DNA of 64,000 nt, from assembly GCA_963823555.1 (NCBI GenBank), contig CAWGMA010000001.1, positions 768,001-832,000 on the forward strand, given 5' to 3'. The notes under the pieces were generated by a model that worked only from the letters and a program-made list of their open reading frames with translations, had not been told where the DNA came from and made no database searches. The first letter of the stretch is position 1. The number at the start of each line of letters is the position of its first letter. The stretch comes from Candidatus Eiseniibacteriota bacterium. GTDB lineage: Bacteria > Eisenbacteria > RBG-16-71-46 > CAVPCR01. Position numbers and translations under genes: made by a program. Below are positions 50,618 through 63,960 of the stretch, one piece after another.

Positions 50618-52288
50618 CTAGGCCAGGCGGCGGACCACGAGCTGGGTCATGTCGTCCTGGGGTTCGCCGCCCTGGATGAACTCGCGGACCCTGGCTTCCA
50701 TCGTGCGCGCGAGCTCGACCGGTTCAGCCTCGCGGTTGGCGGTCAGGAGCTCGGTCACCCGCTCGACTCCGAACTCGCTCTGATCGGGTGCCAGCGCCTC
50801 GCGAATGCCATCGGTGTAGGCGTACAGAATGTCGCCCGGGGCGAGCTCCACCGCCGCCGACTCGAGGGGGGCGTCGGGCAGGATGCCGGCCACGAGTCCG
50901 GTTGCCGCGAGCTCCTCCACGTGATCCCCGCCATTGCGGAGGAGAAGCGGCGCGTCGTGTCCGGCGTTGACGTAGGTCAAGCGCCCGGTCGCCGGGTCGA
51001 GATGGCCGAGGAACATGGTGACGAACTTGTCGGAGTCGATCGAGTCGAAGAGGATGTTGTTCACGCGCCGGCCGATGTCGAGGGGACTCGCTCCGGCCCG
51101 TACCTCGCAGCGCAGCATCGCCTTGAGCATGGACATGAGAAGTGCGGCTCCCATGCCCTTGCCGCAGACATCGGCGATGGCGAAGTAGACGCCGCCGTCT
51201 CCGCAATCGATGAGGTCGTAGTAGTCGCCGCCAACAGCAAGACAGGGTCGGTTGGCGGCGTGAAAGGCGTATCCGCTCCGGTTGACCGGCTCCGCCGCAA
51301 GCAGGCGGCGCTGGATGGCGGCGGCCTGCGAGAGCTCGCGTTCGAGAGCGCGTCGCTCCATCGCCTCCTCCAGGAGCCGCTGGCGCTGGATGTGACCGGC
51401 CGCGATATTGCCGAGGGCGGCGAAGAGCGCCAGCTGCTCGCGGTCGAAGTGCTTGAAGGGCGACAGCGTGTCGACGTAGAGGACCCCGGTCGCCTTGCCC
51501 TCGGCGACCAACGGGGCGCACATCACCGAGAAGGTGCCCTGCATGACCAGGCTCTCGGTGCCGACGAAGCGGCGATCCTCCTGGGCGTTGGCGGAGAGCA
51601 CCGAGTCGAGGTTGTCGACCACGCGGCCCACGATGGTCCGGCTCACGGTCATCCGCACCTCGCGTCCCGAGCGGGCGCGGGCCACGCGCGGCTTGAGTTC
51701 GGGCGGGTCGCCTTCGAGGAGCATCAGGCAGGCACGATCCGCTTCCGGCAGGATCTTCAGAAGCTGGCGCACGATCTCCTCGATCACGTCTCCGAAGGGG
51801 CGAGCGGCGAGGACCGATTCGGTGATCTCCTGGAAGAACTGAAGGATGGCGCCCGAACCTGGGCGTTCCGCCGCGCCGGTGATCTGCTCGAGAGGAATGA
51901 ACGTGGTCGCGTCCAGCTTGCCGGTCCCCTCGTAGGCCAGAACCGTGGTGTCGACCTTGCCCTGGAAGGGATCGTCGGAGATCGTGACATCGGGACCCGC
52001 GGCGATGAGGCGCAGGGTCACGTCTCCGAGCCGAACCTCATCGGTGGATGTGACGCGAGTGGGTCCCTGAATGCGCTCTCCGTTCACGAGCACGCCGTTG
52101 CGGCTGCCCAGGTCCTCGATGACGACATGGCCGCCGGGCGCCTGTTCCAGGCTGGCGTGAACGCGCGAGACCGACTGGTCATGGATGGTGATGTCATTGT
52201 CGGGACTGCGGCCGATGCGCACCTTCTCCGCGCGGACGGGTTCCTCGCGGGGCGCGCCATCGAGGGGGATGATCTTCAAGGCAATCAT
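50618..52288 (-). CDS. FHA-GAF-SpoIIE (PP2C) phosphatase
   Basis: IGRSPDN..SRVHA..DLGSRNG (FHA); SVMCAPL, LYVD (GAF); GGDYYD, DVCGKG, NAGH, YTDGI, DDMT (SpoIIE). Confidence 0.9.
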   Translation of the reverse strand: MIALKIIPLDGAPREEPVRAEKVRIGRSPDNDITIHDQSVSRVHASLEQAPGGHVVIEDLGSRNGVLVNGERIQGPTRVTSTDEVRLGDVTLRLIAAGPDVTISDDPFQGKVDTTVLAYEGTGKLDATTFIPLEQITGAAERPGSGAILQFFQEITESVLAARPFGDVIEEIVRQLLKILPEADRACLMLLEGDPPELKPRVARARSGREVRMTVSRTIVGRVVDNLDSVLSANAQEDRRFVGTESLVMQGTFSVMCAPLVAEGKATGVLYVDTLSPFKHFDREQLALFAALGNIAAGHIQRQRLLEEAMERRALERELSQAAAIQRRLLAAEPVNRSGYAFHAANRPCLAVGGDYYDLIDCGDGGVYFAIADVCGKGMGAALLMSMLKAMLRCEVRAGASPLDIGRRVNNILFDSIDSDKFVTMFLGHLDPATGRLTYVNAGHDAPLLLRNGGDHVEELAATGLVAGILPDAPLESAAVELAPGDILYAYTDGIREALAPDQSEFGVERVTELLTANREAEPVELARTMEARVREFIQGGEPQDDMTQLVVRRLA

Positions 52289-52391
52289 GATTTCGATCCG
52301 GATGGTAGGGATTCGCCCTGCCGCGGGCTACGTCACAGAACGGCGAACAAAGATCATGACCGCCTCGCCAAACGGCGTCAAGCGCAACGAG

Positions 52392-52420
52392 TTGACGGCT
52401 TGCCGGGCACTCGCTAGCCT
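52392..52420 (+). promoter_or_regulatory. sigma-70-like promoter
   Basis: TTGACG-N17-TAGCCT upstream of the carboxypeptidase gene. Confidence 0.5.
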
Positions 52421-52499
52421 TGTTGATGACGAAGTCCTTTGCCGGCGATCGGGGTGGCCTGATGCTCTTCGATCCCGACCCCCCACTGCTGGAGGAGCC

Positions 52500-54425
52500 A
52501 TGCACGCGTTCCTCGCTTCTCGCCGCCGGCTGCGCGCCATGTCCGCCTCCGGCCTCATGCTCCTCACCGTGGCCCTGTCCGCCGGAAGCGCGGCCGGAGC
52601 CGTGTCCCTCGTCCGTGCCCCCGCCGGCGCGCCGGGACTCCTCGATCTCGGTCTCGCCCTCGACGATGCAACGCGCGAGGGTATGGAGGTCGTCTTCCCG
52701 GCCACCGAGGAGGATCTCGCCGCCCTCGCCGGCGCCGGCATTCCGGTCGCGGTCGTGATCGCCGATCTGGAGCGCTTCTACGCCGAGCGGCTCCTCGACG
52801 AGCGGTCCCTGTGGGAGGGGTCTGATCCCGGGGACACGCCGGGATTCGGATTCGGTTCGATGGGTGGTTTCTACACGTGGAGCGAGGTGGTGGGGAAGCT
52901 CGATGAGATGCGGGCCGACTATCCCGCTCTGGTCACCGCCAAGCAGAGCCTGGGGCTCTCGCACGAGGGTCGAGACATCTGGATGGTGAAGATCTCCGAC
53001 AACGCCGACCAGAACGAGGGCGAGCCAGCGATCCTCTACACGGGACTCACGCACGCCCGCGAGCCGATGGGGATGGAGGTCATCCTCTACACCATGTTCT
53101 ACCTGCTCGAGAGCTACGGTGTGAACCCCGAGGCGACGTATCTGGTGAACGAGCGAGAGATGTTCTTCGTCCCGGTCCTGAACCCGGATGGCTATGTCTA
53201 CAATCAGACGACCAACCCAGCGGGCGGCGGCGGATGGCGGAAGAACCGGCGCGATTCGGGTGGCGGCATCTACGGCGTCGATCTCAACCGCAATTACGGA
53301 TACCTCTGGGGTTATGACAACGTGGGATCGAGTCCGACGCCGAGTTCCGGAACCTATCGTGGGCCGGGGCCGTTCTCGGAGCCCGAGACCTCGGCCATCC
53401 GCGGCTTCCATCAGGGGCGGACCATCACCACGGCCTTCCACTATCACGCCTACGGCGGCTACGAGATCCATCCCTTCGCCTACGCCGCCAACGCCCTTCC
53501 ACCGGCGCCCGATCTGGCCCTCTACGAGCGCTTCGGCAGCGACATCTCGGCGATGAACGGTTATCTCGTCGGCAACTTCGCGCAGACGCTTGGCTATGTG
53601 GCCAACGGCGAATCCCTCGACTGGAGCTACGGCGAGCAGATTGAGAAGAACAAGGTCTTCGCGTTCTTGCCGGAAGTGGGTACGGGGAGCGACGGATTCT
53701 GGCCGCTGTCCTCCCGGATCGTCCCGCTTGCCGAGCTGCATCTGCCCCCGAATCTCTACTGGACCTGGATCGCGGGGGCCCGCGCGGAGCTCGACGGCGT
53801 GACCGCCGGACCCGAGGTTCCCCTGGGAGCGATGTCGCCCGTGGTTGTCGCGGTCGAGAACCGCGGCCTCGGTGCGGCGGCGAGCGATCTCACGGTCGCG
53901 CTCGCCTCGAGCGATCCATACGTCACGATCGGGGTCCCGGAGAAGCCGTTCCCCGTGGTCCCGCCGCTCACCATCGCAGACAACAGCACGGATCCACTCG
54001 AGTTCTTCGTCTCGGGGAGCGCGCCGCCCAATCATGGGATCGCGCTCGAGGTCACGCTCTGGCAGGGGAACGTGCAGCGGGGGCAGACAACCATCGAGGT
54101 GTCGACGCCGGCGGCTTCAGGGGTGGCCGAGACCGGCGCGCCTGGCCTCGATGGGTTCTGGGTTCGTGTTGCACCGAACCCGATGGGGGAGGGGACCGAG
54201 ATCCGGTTTGCCGTCGACGGGCGGCAGACGGTCGACCTCACGGTGGTCGATGTGACCGGCCGCGTGAGGCGCCATCTCCGCACGCGGGAGCTTTCGCCCG
54301 GCGAGCACCGCGTCGCCTTCGACGGGCGGGATGATGAAGGGGCGCCCTTGCCCGGCGGTATCTATGTCGTGAGGCTCAGGGTCGGGCCGGCAGCCACGCA
54401 CGCGCGGTTGGTCGTCCTGCGCTGA
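52500..54425 (+). CDS. secreted M14 zinc carboxypeptidase with FlgD-Ig/T9SS-like C-terminal domain
   Basis: GGAGG RBS; signal peptide; HAREP, NPDGY, WRKNR, GVDLNRNY, FSEPET, YHAY; C-terminal APNP...FDGRDDEG..LPGGIYVVRL. Confidence 0.9.
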   Translation: MHAFLASRRRLRAMSASGLMLLTVALSAGSAAGAVSLVRAPAGAPGLLDLGLALDDATREGMEVVFPATEEDLAALAGAGIPVAVVIADLERFYAERLLDERSLWEGSDPGDTPGFGFGSMGGFYTWSEVVGKLDEMRADYPALVTAKQSLGLSHEGRDIWMVKISDNADQNEGEPAILYTGLTHAREPMGMEVILYTMFYLLESYGVNPEATYLVNEREMFFVPVLNPDGYVYNQTTNPAGGGGWRKNRRDSGGGIYGVDLNRNYGYLWGYDNVGSSPTPSSGTYRGPGPFSEPETSAIRGFHQGRTITTAFHYHAYGGYEIHPFAYAANALPPAPDLALYERFGSDISAMNGYLVGNFAQTLGYVANGESLDWSYGEQIEKNKVFAFLPEVGTGSDGFWPLSSRIVPLAELHLPPNLYWTWIAGARAELDGVTAGPEVPLGAMSPVVVAVENRGLGAAASDLTVALASSDPYVTIGVPEKPFPVVPPLTIADNSTDPLEFFVSGSAPPNHGIALEVTLWQGNVQRGQTTIEVSTPAASGVAETGAPGLDGFWVRVAPNPMGEGTEIRFAVDGRQTVDLTVVDVTGRVRRHLRTRELSPGEHRVAFDGRDDEGAPLPGGIYVVRLRVGPAATHARLVVLR

Positions 54426-54551
54426 AACGCGACCAGGCCGACGGCAATTAATCGACTAGTAGATCCCTTTATATGGTTAGTGATGGAAAGTGCTCAAGGT
54501 AGATGGACCTTTCGTCTTGTCTCATGATTCCATATAATCTTTTTAATAACA

Positions 54552-54626
54552 TTGGTTTACGTCAACGACGCCAGCCCTGGCTGCCAGCGGGATATAGTTG
54601 ACATGTAGAGCGTGATATCTGAAAAT
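54552..54626 (+). promoter_or_regulatory. Crp/Fnr-like box and sigma-70-like promoter in an AT-rich intergenic region
   Basis: TTGGT-TTAC-GTCAA (54552-54565); TTGACA (54598)-N17-GAAAAT (54621). Confidence 0.5.
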
Positions 54627-54710
54627 ATCCGCCATCGACCTGGGCCCTCGGCGCTGCCGACTGGAGCCCCACGAAGCCCGGACAGGAAACGAGGCCAGGG
54701 AGGTCGGTCG

Positions 54711-56645
54711 TTGGCAGAGGCGAGCGGCGCGCGAGTTCGACTGGGAGTCGAGGTCCCCGGCGGTGGCTACCACCGCAGCCTGATCTCCTGCCAGCAGGCC
54801 TGTCCGGTCCGCACGGACGCCCGCGGGTATGTGCGCGCCATTGCGGATGGTCGCTTCGAAGAGGCCTACCTCATCGCCCGCGGGCCGAACCCCTTCGCAT
54901 CCATCTGCGGGCGCATCTGCGGGGCGCCGTGCGAGGCTGCTTGCCGCCGCGGGCGCATCCCTCGCCTCGACCCCGACGGCGCCTATCTGGGTCCGGACCG
55001 CCCGGTCGCCATCCGCGCTCTCAAGCGCTTTGCCTGCGAGCAGGCGGGACCCGATGTTCGCCCGCCCGAGGATGTCGTAGACGATCTGCGCCGCTTCATT
55101 CCGGCGGTTGCCGCCGACGCCGAGGAGATGGCGCATCTCCTGCGCGGCGCGGTCCAGGGGCGCTTCGCGCCGGCCCAAGGCGAGTCCGTGGCGATCATCG
55201 GCTCGGGCCCGGCGGGGCTCGCTGCCGCGCACGACCTGGCCCTGCTCGGCTTGAGACCAATCGTCTACGAGATGGAGTCGGTCCCCGCCGGCATGCTCGC
55301 CCTGGGCGTCCCCGAATACCGCCTGCCGCGCGAACTCATCCGCCGGGAGATCGAGGTCATCCGCGCCCTCGGGGTCGAGGTGCGGTGTGGGGTCCTGGTG
55401 GGTCGAGACGTGACCTTTGCCGACCTCCGCGGCGGGCATGCCGCGGTCTTGATCGCGGTCGGCGCCAAGCGCCCGCGAGGCCTGAACCTGCCCGGCGAGT
55501 CCGGGCCGCGCGTGTTCGGCGGCGTCGATCTGTTGCGCGCAGTCGCTCTCGGCGAGTCCGTCGACCTGGGTCGTGAGGTCGTCGTCATCGGCGGCGGCAA
55601 CGTAGCCTACGATGTCGCGCGCACCGTCGTGCGCCAGGTCGCCTACGACGCCGCGCGCACCGCGGCGCGTCTTCCCGGCCGGCGTTCGGTCCGGCTCGTC
55701 TCGCTCGAGACGCTCGAGGAGATGCCGGCCGATACGCTGGAGATCGTCGAGGGCGACGAGGAGGGGATCGAACGGGTCGGCGGTTACGGGCCGGTCGAGA
55801 TCCAGCGCACCGGCGACGGCCGAGTATCCGGTGTCCTCTTCCGCCGTTGCGTCCGCGCCTACGACGATGAGCGCCGCTTCGCGCCGATCTACGACGACAG
55901 CGATCGCCGGACGCTGGGCTGCGACACCGTGCTCATCGCCGCCGGCCAGACCACCGATCTCTCCTTCCTCGCCGAGGGCGGTATGGACATCGAGAGCTTC
56001 CGCCCGGGCTGGCCCCGGGTCGATGCCGACACCCTGGCGACGACCGGCCGTGGCGTCTTCGTTGCGGGCGATCTGGCTCATGGCACACGTCTTCTCATCG
56101 ACGCCGTCGCCTCGGGGAAGAGGGCGGCGCGCTCGATCTACACGCACGTGACCGGCCGTCAGCTCCGGCCGGAGGCCCTCGAAGCGCACCTCGATCTCGG
56201 CGCCTACCGCCGGGAGCCCGGATATGAGCGCATTCGACGGATCGAGATTCCGGTCCTCGAACCCGAGGAACGCTTCGCCCGACCGGGAGCGGCGGTCGAG
56301 ATCGGCTACGACACCGCGCGCGCCACTCGCGAGGCCTCGCGTTGCCTCGATTGCGGTGTCACCCCGGTCTTCGATGGCACGCGCTGTGTCCTCTGCGGCG
56401 GCTGTGTCGATGTCTGTCCCACCACTTGCCTCAAGCTGGTCCCGCTCGCCGATCTCGAGCCGACGGAGGGGCTTCGAAGTCTCATCGACTGCCTTCTCGG
56501 TCCGGACGTCGATCCCGCCGCCCACTCCGCCATCCTCAAGGACGAAGATCGCTGCATCCGCTGCGCGCTTTGCGCCATGCGTTGCCCGGTGGCGGCGATC
56601 ACCATGGAGCGAGTTCAGTTCACGACCGCGTGGAGGTCCTCATGA
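54711..56645 (+). CDS. NAD(P)/FAD-dependent FeS oxidoreductase (GltD/NfnB-like) with C-terminal 2x[4Fe-4S] domain
   Basis: GGAGG RBS before TTG; CQQACP...CGRICGAPCEAAC, GSGPAGL, GVPEYRLP, GGGNVA, EASRCLDC, CVLCGGCVDVCP, CIRCALCAMRCP. Confidence 0.9.
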   Translation: MAEASGARVRLGVEVPGGGYHRSLISCQQACPVRTDARGYVRAIADGRFEEAYLIARGPNPFASICGRICGAPCEAACRRGRIPRLDPDGAYLGPDRPVAIRALKRFACEQAGPDVRPPEDVVDDLRRFIPAVAADAEEMAHLLRGAVQGRFAPAQGESVAIIGSGPAGLAAAHDLALLGLRPIVYEMESVPAGMLALGVPEYRLPRELIRREIEVIRALGVEVRCGVLVGRDVTFADLRGGHAAVLIAVGAKRPRGLNLPGESGPRVFGGVDLLRAVALGESVDLGREVVVIGGGNVAYDVARTVVRQVAYDAARTAARLPGRRSVRLVSLETLEEMPADTLEIVEGDEEGIERVGGYGPVEIQRTGDGRVSGVLFRRCVRAYDDERRFAPIYDDSDRRTLGCDTVLIAAGQTTDLSFLAEGGMDIESFRPGWPRVDADTLATTGRGVFVAGDLAHGTRLLIDAVASGKRAARSIYTHVTGRQLRPEALEAHLDLGAYRREPGYERIRRIEIPVLEPEERFARPGAAVEIGYDTARATREASRCLDCGVTPVFDGTRCVLCGGCVDVCPTTCLKLVPLADLEPTEGLRSLIDCLLGPDVDPAAHSAILKDEDRCIRCALCAMRCPVAAITMERVQFTTAWRSS

Positions 56646-57157
56646 GCACACCCTCGCCGGTTCTCGGCGCGCCCTCTCCGGTCGCGCCGGAGCGTTCCCG
56701 TCTCGCCCCAGAGCCCATGCCGCGCCGCGACTTTCTCGGCTTGGCCGCGACGCTCTCGGCCTTGCTCGCACTCGGCTTCGCCACGCTGGGGATGCTCCGG
56801 CTGCCGAAGGCTGCGGTCATCCCCGCGCCCTCGCGGCGCTTCCGGGTCAGCCTGCCGGAATCGCTGGTTCCGGGCGCGCCGTTCCTTCCCCCCGGCCGCT
56901 CGGTGGCCGTGTTCCGTGATGCCGGTGGCGTCTATGCCATCTCCCTCATATGCACTCACCTCGGGTGCATCGTCAAGCACGTGGCGAACGGGTTCGATTG
57001 CCCCTGTCACGGCTCGCGTTTCGCCGCCGACGGGGAGGTCACCAAGGGACCGGCTCCGAAAGCGCTGCCCTGGCTCCAGGTGAAGCGGACCGCAGCGGGC
57101 ACCTACATCGTGGACGAGGGGAAAGAAGTATCACCCGGGACCAAGGAGATGGCATGA
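56642..57157 (+). CDS. Rieske [2Fe-2S] protein of a Rieske/cytochrome b complex
   Basis: Tat motif RRDFL plus TM; CTHLGC and CPCHGSRF boxes; GPAPKAL. Confidence 0.93.
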   Translation: MSTPSPVLGAPSPVAPERSRLAPEPMPRRDFLGLAATLSALLALGFATLGMLRLPKAAVIPAPSRRFRVSLPESLVPGAPFLPPGRSVAVFRDAGGVYAISLICTHLGCIVKHVANGFDCPCHGSRFAADGEVTKGPAPKALPWLQVKRTAAGTYIVDEGKEVSPGTKEMA

Positions 57158-58689
57158 GCACGGGGCTCGAGCGCTTCTCGGCCAATCTGCGCGCCATCCC
57201 GCGCGCGTTCGCCCGGAGCTTCTATCGTTCGGGAACGCCGCGCACCGACCGCAGCCGCTCGTCATTCGTCTTCAACAGCCTCTTCCTCCATTTCCACTCG
57301 GTGCGCATTCACCGCTGGACGCTGCGCTGGCGGACCACGCTCGGGCTCGGCGTGATCTCGTTCTCCGCGTTCCTCCTGACGCTGGTGACGGGCATTCTCC
57401 TCATGTTCTATTACAAACCCTATCCGAGCGCCGCGTACGATTCGATCAAAGACATTCACTTCGTCGTTCCCACCGGGCAATTCATCCGCAACATCCACCG
57501 CTGGGCGGCCCAGATCATGGTGGTGGCGGTCATCCTGCACATGGTGCGAGCCTTCTATACCGCTGCCTACCGGACGCCCCGCGAGTTCAACTGGGTGATG
57601 GGGATGGGACTGCTCGTCGTCACGCTCGGGCTCTCCTTCACTGGCTATCTCCTGCCCTGGGATCAGCTCGCCTACTGGGCGATCACGATCGGCTCCAACA
57701 TCGCGCAGTCGCCCCGCGAAGTCACCGATGCGCTCGGCATCACCCGCTGGTTCGACATCGGAGGATTGCAGAAGCTCCTCCTCCTCGGCTCCGAGGAGAT
57801 CGGGGAGGAGGCGCTCATCCGCTTCTATCTCCTGCACGTGATGATCCTGCCGCTCGTGCTCGCCGCTCTCGCCGGCGTGCACTTCTGGCGCGTACGGAAG
57901 GACGGAGGGCTCGCGCGGCCGGCTGATGTCGATCGCCGCCTGGGGCCGCCGCCCGCCGGCACCTATCCCGTCTTCACCGAGGAGCCGAAGCGCACCTATC
58001 ACCTGGCCGCGGTCGTCGCCGGCAAGACCCCCGCGGTCGGCAACGGTCCCGAGCAGACGGTGCCGGCGGTGCCTCATCTGTTCTATGCCGAGGCGGGTGT
58101 CTTCATGCTCACGGTGCTCGTCTGTCTCGCGCTCGCTCTCGGCTGGGATGCGCCCCTCAAGGAGCTCGCCAACCCCGCCGTGCCCGAGAATCCGGCCAAG
58201 GCGCCCTGGTACTTCCTCGGCCTGCAGGAGCTGGTCTCGTACTCGGCGTTCATGGGCGGGATCGGGATCCCGGCCATTGTCATCCTCGGATTGCTCCTGA
58301 TCCCGTATCTGGATCGCGAGACGGAAGGCACGGGCGAGTGGTTCGGGGGGCCGGGCGGGGGCCGCCTCGTTCTCCGGTCCGCCCTCTTCGGACTTGCTGC
58401 TGTGCTCCTCGTCGAGGTCATCGCCATCCACTTCGGCTGGATCCGGCAATGGTGGCCGGCGGTCCCGCAGATCGTCATCACGCTCCTCAACCCGGGTACC
58501 GTCCTGACCGCCATCTATGCCGGCTACTCGATCTGGTGCGTCAAGCGCTACGATTCCACTCGTGCCGGGGCGCTCGGGCTGTTCACCTGTTTCCTCGCCG
58601 GGTTCCTCGTGCTCACGATCGTGGGCACGACCTTCCGCGGCCCAAACTGGGAGTTCTTCTGGTCCCGGTCCCAGTGGCCGGCGCACTGA
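57154..58689 (+). CDS. cytochrome b (b6-like N half fused to subunit-IV-like half)
   Basis: HRWAAQIMVVAVILH, FTGYLLPWDQ, RFYLLH-x14-H, NPAKAPWYF (PEWY equivalent). Confidence 0.92.
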   Translation: MSTGLERFSANLRAIPRAFARSFYRSGTPRTDRSRSSFVFNSLFLHFHSVRIHRWTLRWRTTLGLGVISFSAFLLTLVTGILLMFYYKPYPSAAYDSIKDIHFVVPTGQFIRNIHRWAAQIMVVAVILHMVRAFYTAAYRTPREFNWVMGMGLLVVTLGLSFTGYLLPWDQLAYWAITIGSNIAQSPREVTDALGITRWFDIGGLQKLLLLGSEEIGEEALIRFYLLHVMILPLVLAALAGVHFWRVRKDGGLARPADVDRRLGPPPAGTYPVFTEEPKRTYHLAAVVAGKTPAVGNGPEQTVPAVPHLFYAEAGVFMLTVLVCLALALGWDAPLKELANPAVPENPAKAPWYFLGLQELVSYSAFMGGIGIPAIVILGLLLIPYLDRETEGTGEWFGGPGGGRLVLRSALFGLAAVLLVEVIAIHFGWIRQWWPAVPQIVITLLNPGTVLTAIYAGYSIWCVKRYDSTRAGALGLFTCFLAGFLVLTIVGTTFRGPNWEFFWSRSQWPAH

Positions 58690-58717
58690 GGGGGAGAGCA
58701 GTGAACGGGGCAGCGAC

Positions 58718-60390
58718 ATGAACACGGGGCGGAACAAGCACCTCCTCCTGTGGATGAGCCTCGCCACGCTCGTGCTGCTCGTGGGGGCGGCGCTCCGCGA
58801 GAACGTGGCCAGTGAGTGGCGCGTGCTCCAGCGCCGTTACCAGTCGCGGCTGCCCGCCGAGCAGGCGCGCGATTTCAGGGTACAGCTCCGCCAGATCTTC
58901 TCGCCCCAGGTCGATGCGGTCGATCGCTGCGTGAGCTGCCACGTGGGCATGGCGCCGGGAGAGAGTGGTATCGACGGCGATCGGCTCTACGCTCGCCACG
59001 CCGCTGTCGGACACGAGCCGGGCGAGATCGGGTGCGTCATCTGTCATGGCGGTCAGGGTCGGGCCACGCGGAGCGCCGATGCGCACGGCACGGTTCACCA
59101 CTGGCCGCAGCCGATGATCCCAGCCGCGATGTCCGATGCCGGTTGCGGAGCCTGCCACACGCATCTCGCGGTGCCGGCGGCCGCCGAGTTCGAGCGCGGG
59201 CGGGGGCTCTTCGAGCGCCTCGATTGTCTCGCCTGTCACGCCCTGGACGGGAGAGGAGGCACCCTCAGGCCGGGACAGGGGATGGTGAGCGGTCCCGATC
59301 TCTCGCGCGCCGGCTCGAGCGGCTTCGATGCCGACTGGTACGTCCGGCACCTCGCGCATCGCGACAGCGCTGGAAGCGGTCCCTGGCGTTCCTCGATGAG
59401 CGAGATCGCCGCGACGGATCGCGCCGCGCTCGATATCTTCCTCCACTCGCGGGTCGGTGCACCCGGGCTCGTCGCGGCCAAGGTGGCGTTTCACTCGCTG
59501 GGTTGTCGAGGTTGCCACAAGGTGGGTGGTGTCGGGGGTGACGATGGGCCCGACCTCACGCGCGTGGGCGAGAAGGATCCGGGGCAGCTCGACTTCACGC
59601 ATGTCCCGGGCGCGCCGACCCTTGCCAACTGGTTCGCCGAGCACTTCCGGGCTCCGGGGCGCGTCGTCCCGGGGTCGGCAATGCCCGTCCTCGGGCTGAC
59701 GGCGGAGGAGATCGAGAAGCTCACCTATTACATGTTGTCGCTGCGGCGGTCTGATCTCCCCGAGGCTTTCTGGCCCCGGGACCGCATCCGCGCCGAGCGC
59801 TTCGGCGAGCGCGAATTTGCCACAGATGGCGCCACGCTCTACGGCACCTTCTGTGCAGCCTGTCACGGGCCCGAAGGCCAGGGGATGCGCTACGCGGAGA
59901 CGACCGCGTTCCCGGCCATCGGCACGGCGGATTTCCTCGGTCTCGCGACGGACGACTTCATCACCGAGACCGTGCGGCGCGGGCGGCCGGGACGGCGTAT
60001 GCCGGCCTGGGGTGAGGGAGCGGGGGGGCTCCGGCCCGAGGAGATCCAGGCCGTCGTCGCCTACGTGCGGGGCATGGGCGGTGTTCCGGAGCCGGCCGAC
60101 AGCCGCCCTGCGCGCTGGGTCACGGCCGACCCCGAAGCCGGCGCCCGCCTCTTCCTCGCCAACTGTGCCCGCTGCCATGGCGAAGCGGGCGAGGGTGGCG
60201 AGGGCCCGGCGCTCCATAATCAGGTGCTGCTCTCGACCGCGACCGACACCTACCTGATCGAAACCATCCGTCGCGGCCGCCGCTCGACGACCATGCCGCC
60301 GTTCGCGACCCCGTCGACGACCTGGCGGCTCCTCACCGATCCCGAGATCGAGTCGATTGTCGCCTTCATCCGCACGTGGGAGGTGCGACC

Positions 60391-60394
<4 letters not shown>
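58718..60394 (+). CDS. membrane-anchored multiheme cytochrome c (7 CxxCH)
   Basis: N-terminal TM; CVSCH, CVICH, CGACH, CLACH, CRGCH, CAACH, CARCH. Confidence 0.92.
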
Positions 60395-63959
<3,565 letters not shown>

Positions 63960-63960
<1 letters not shown>

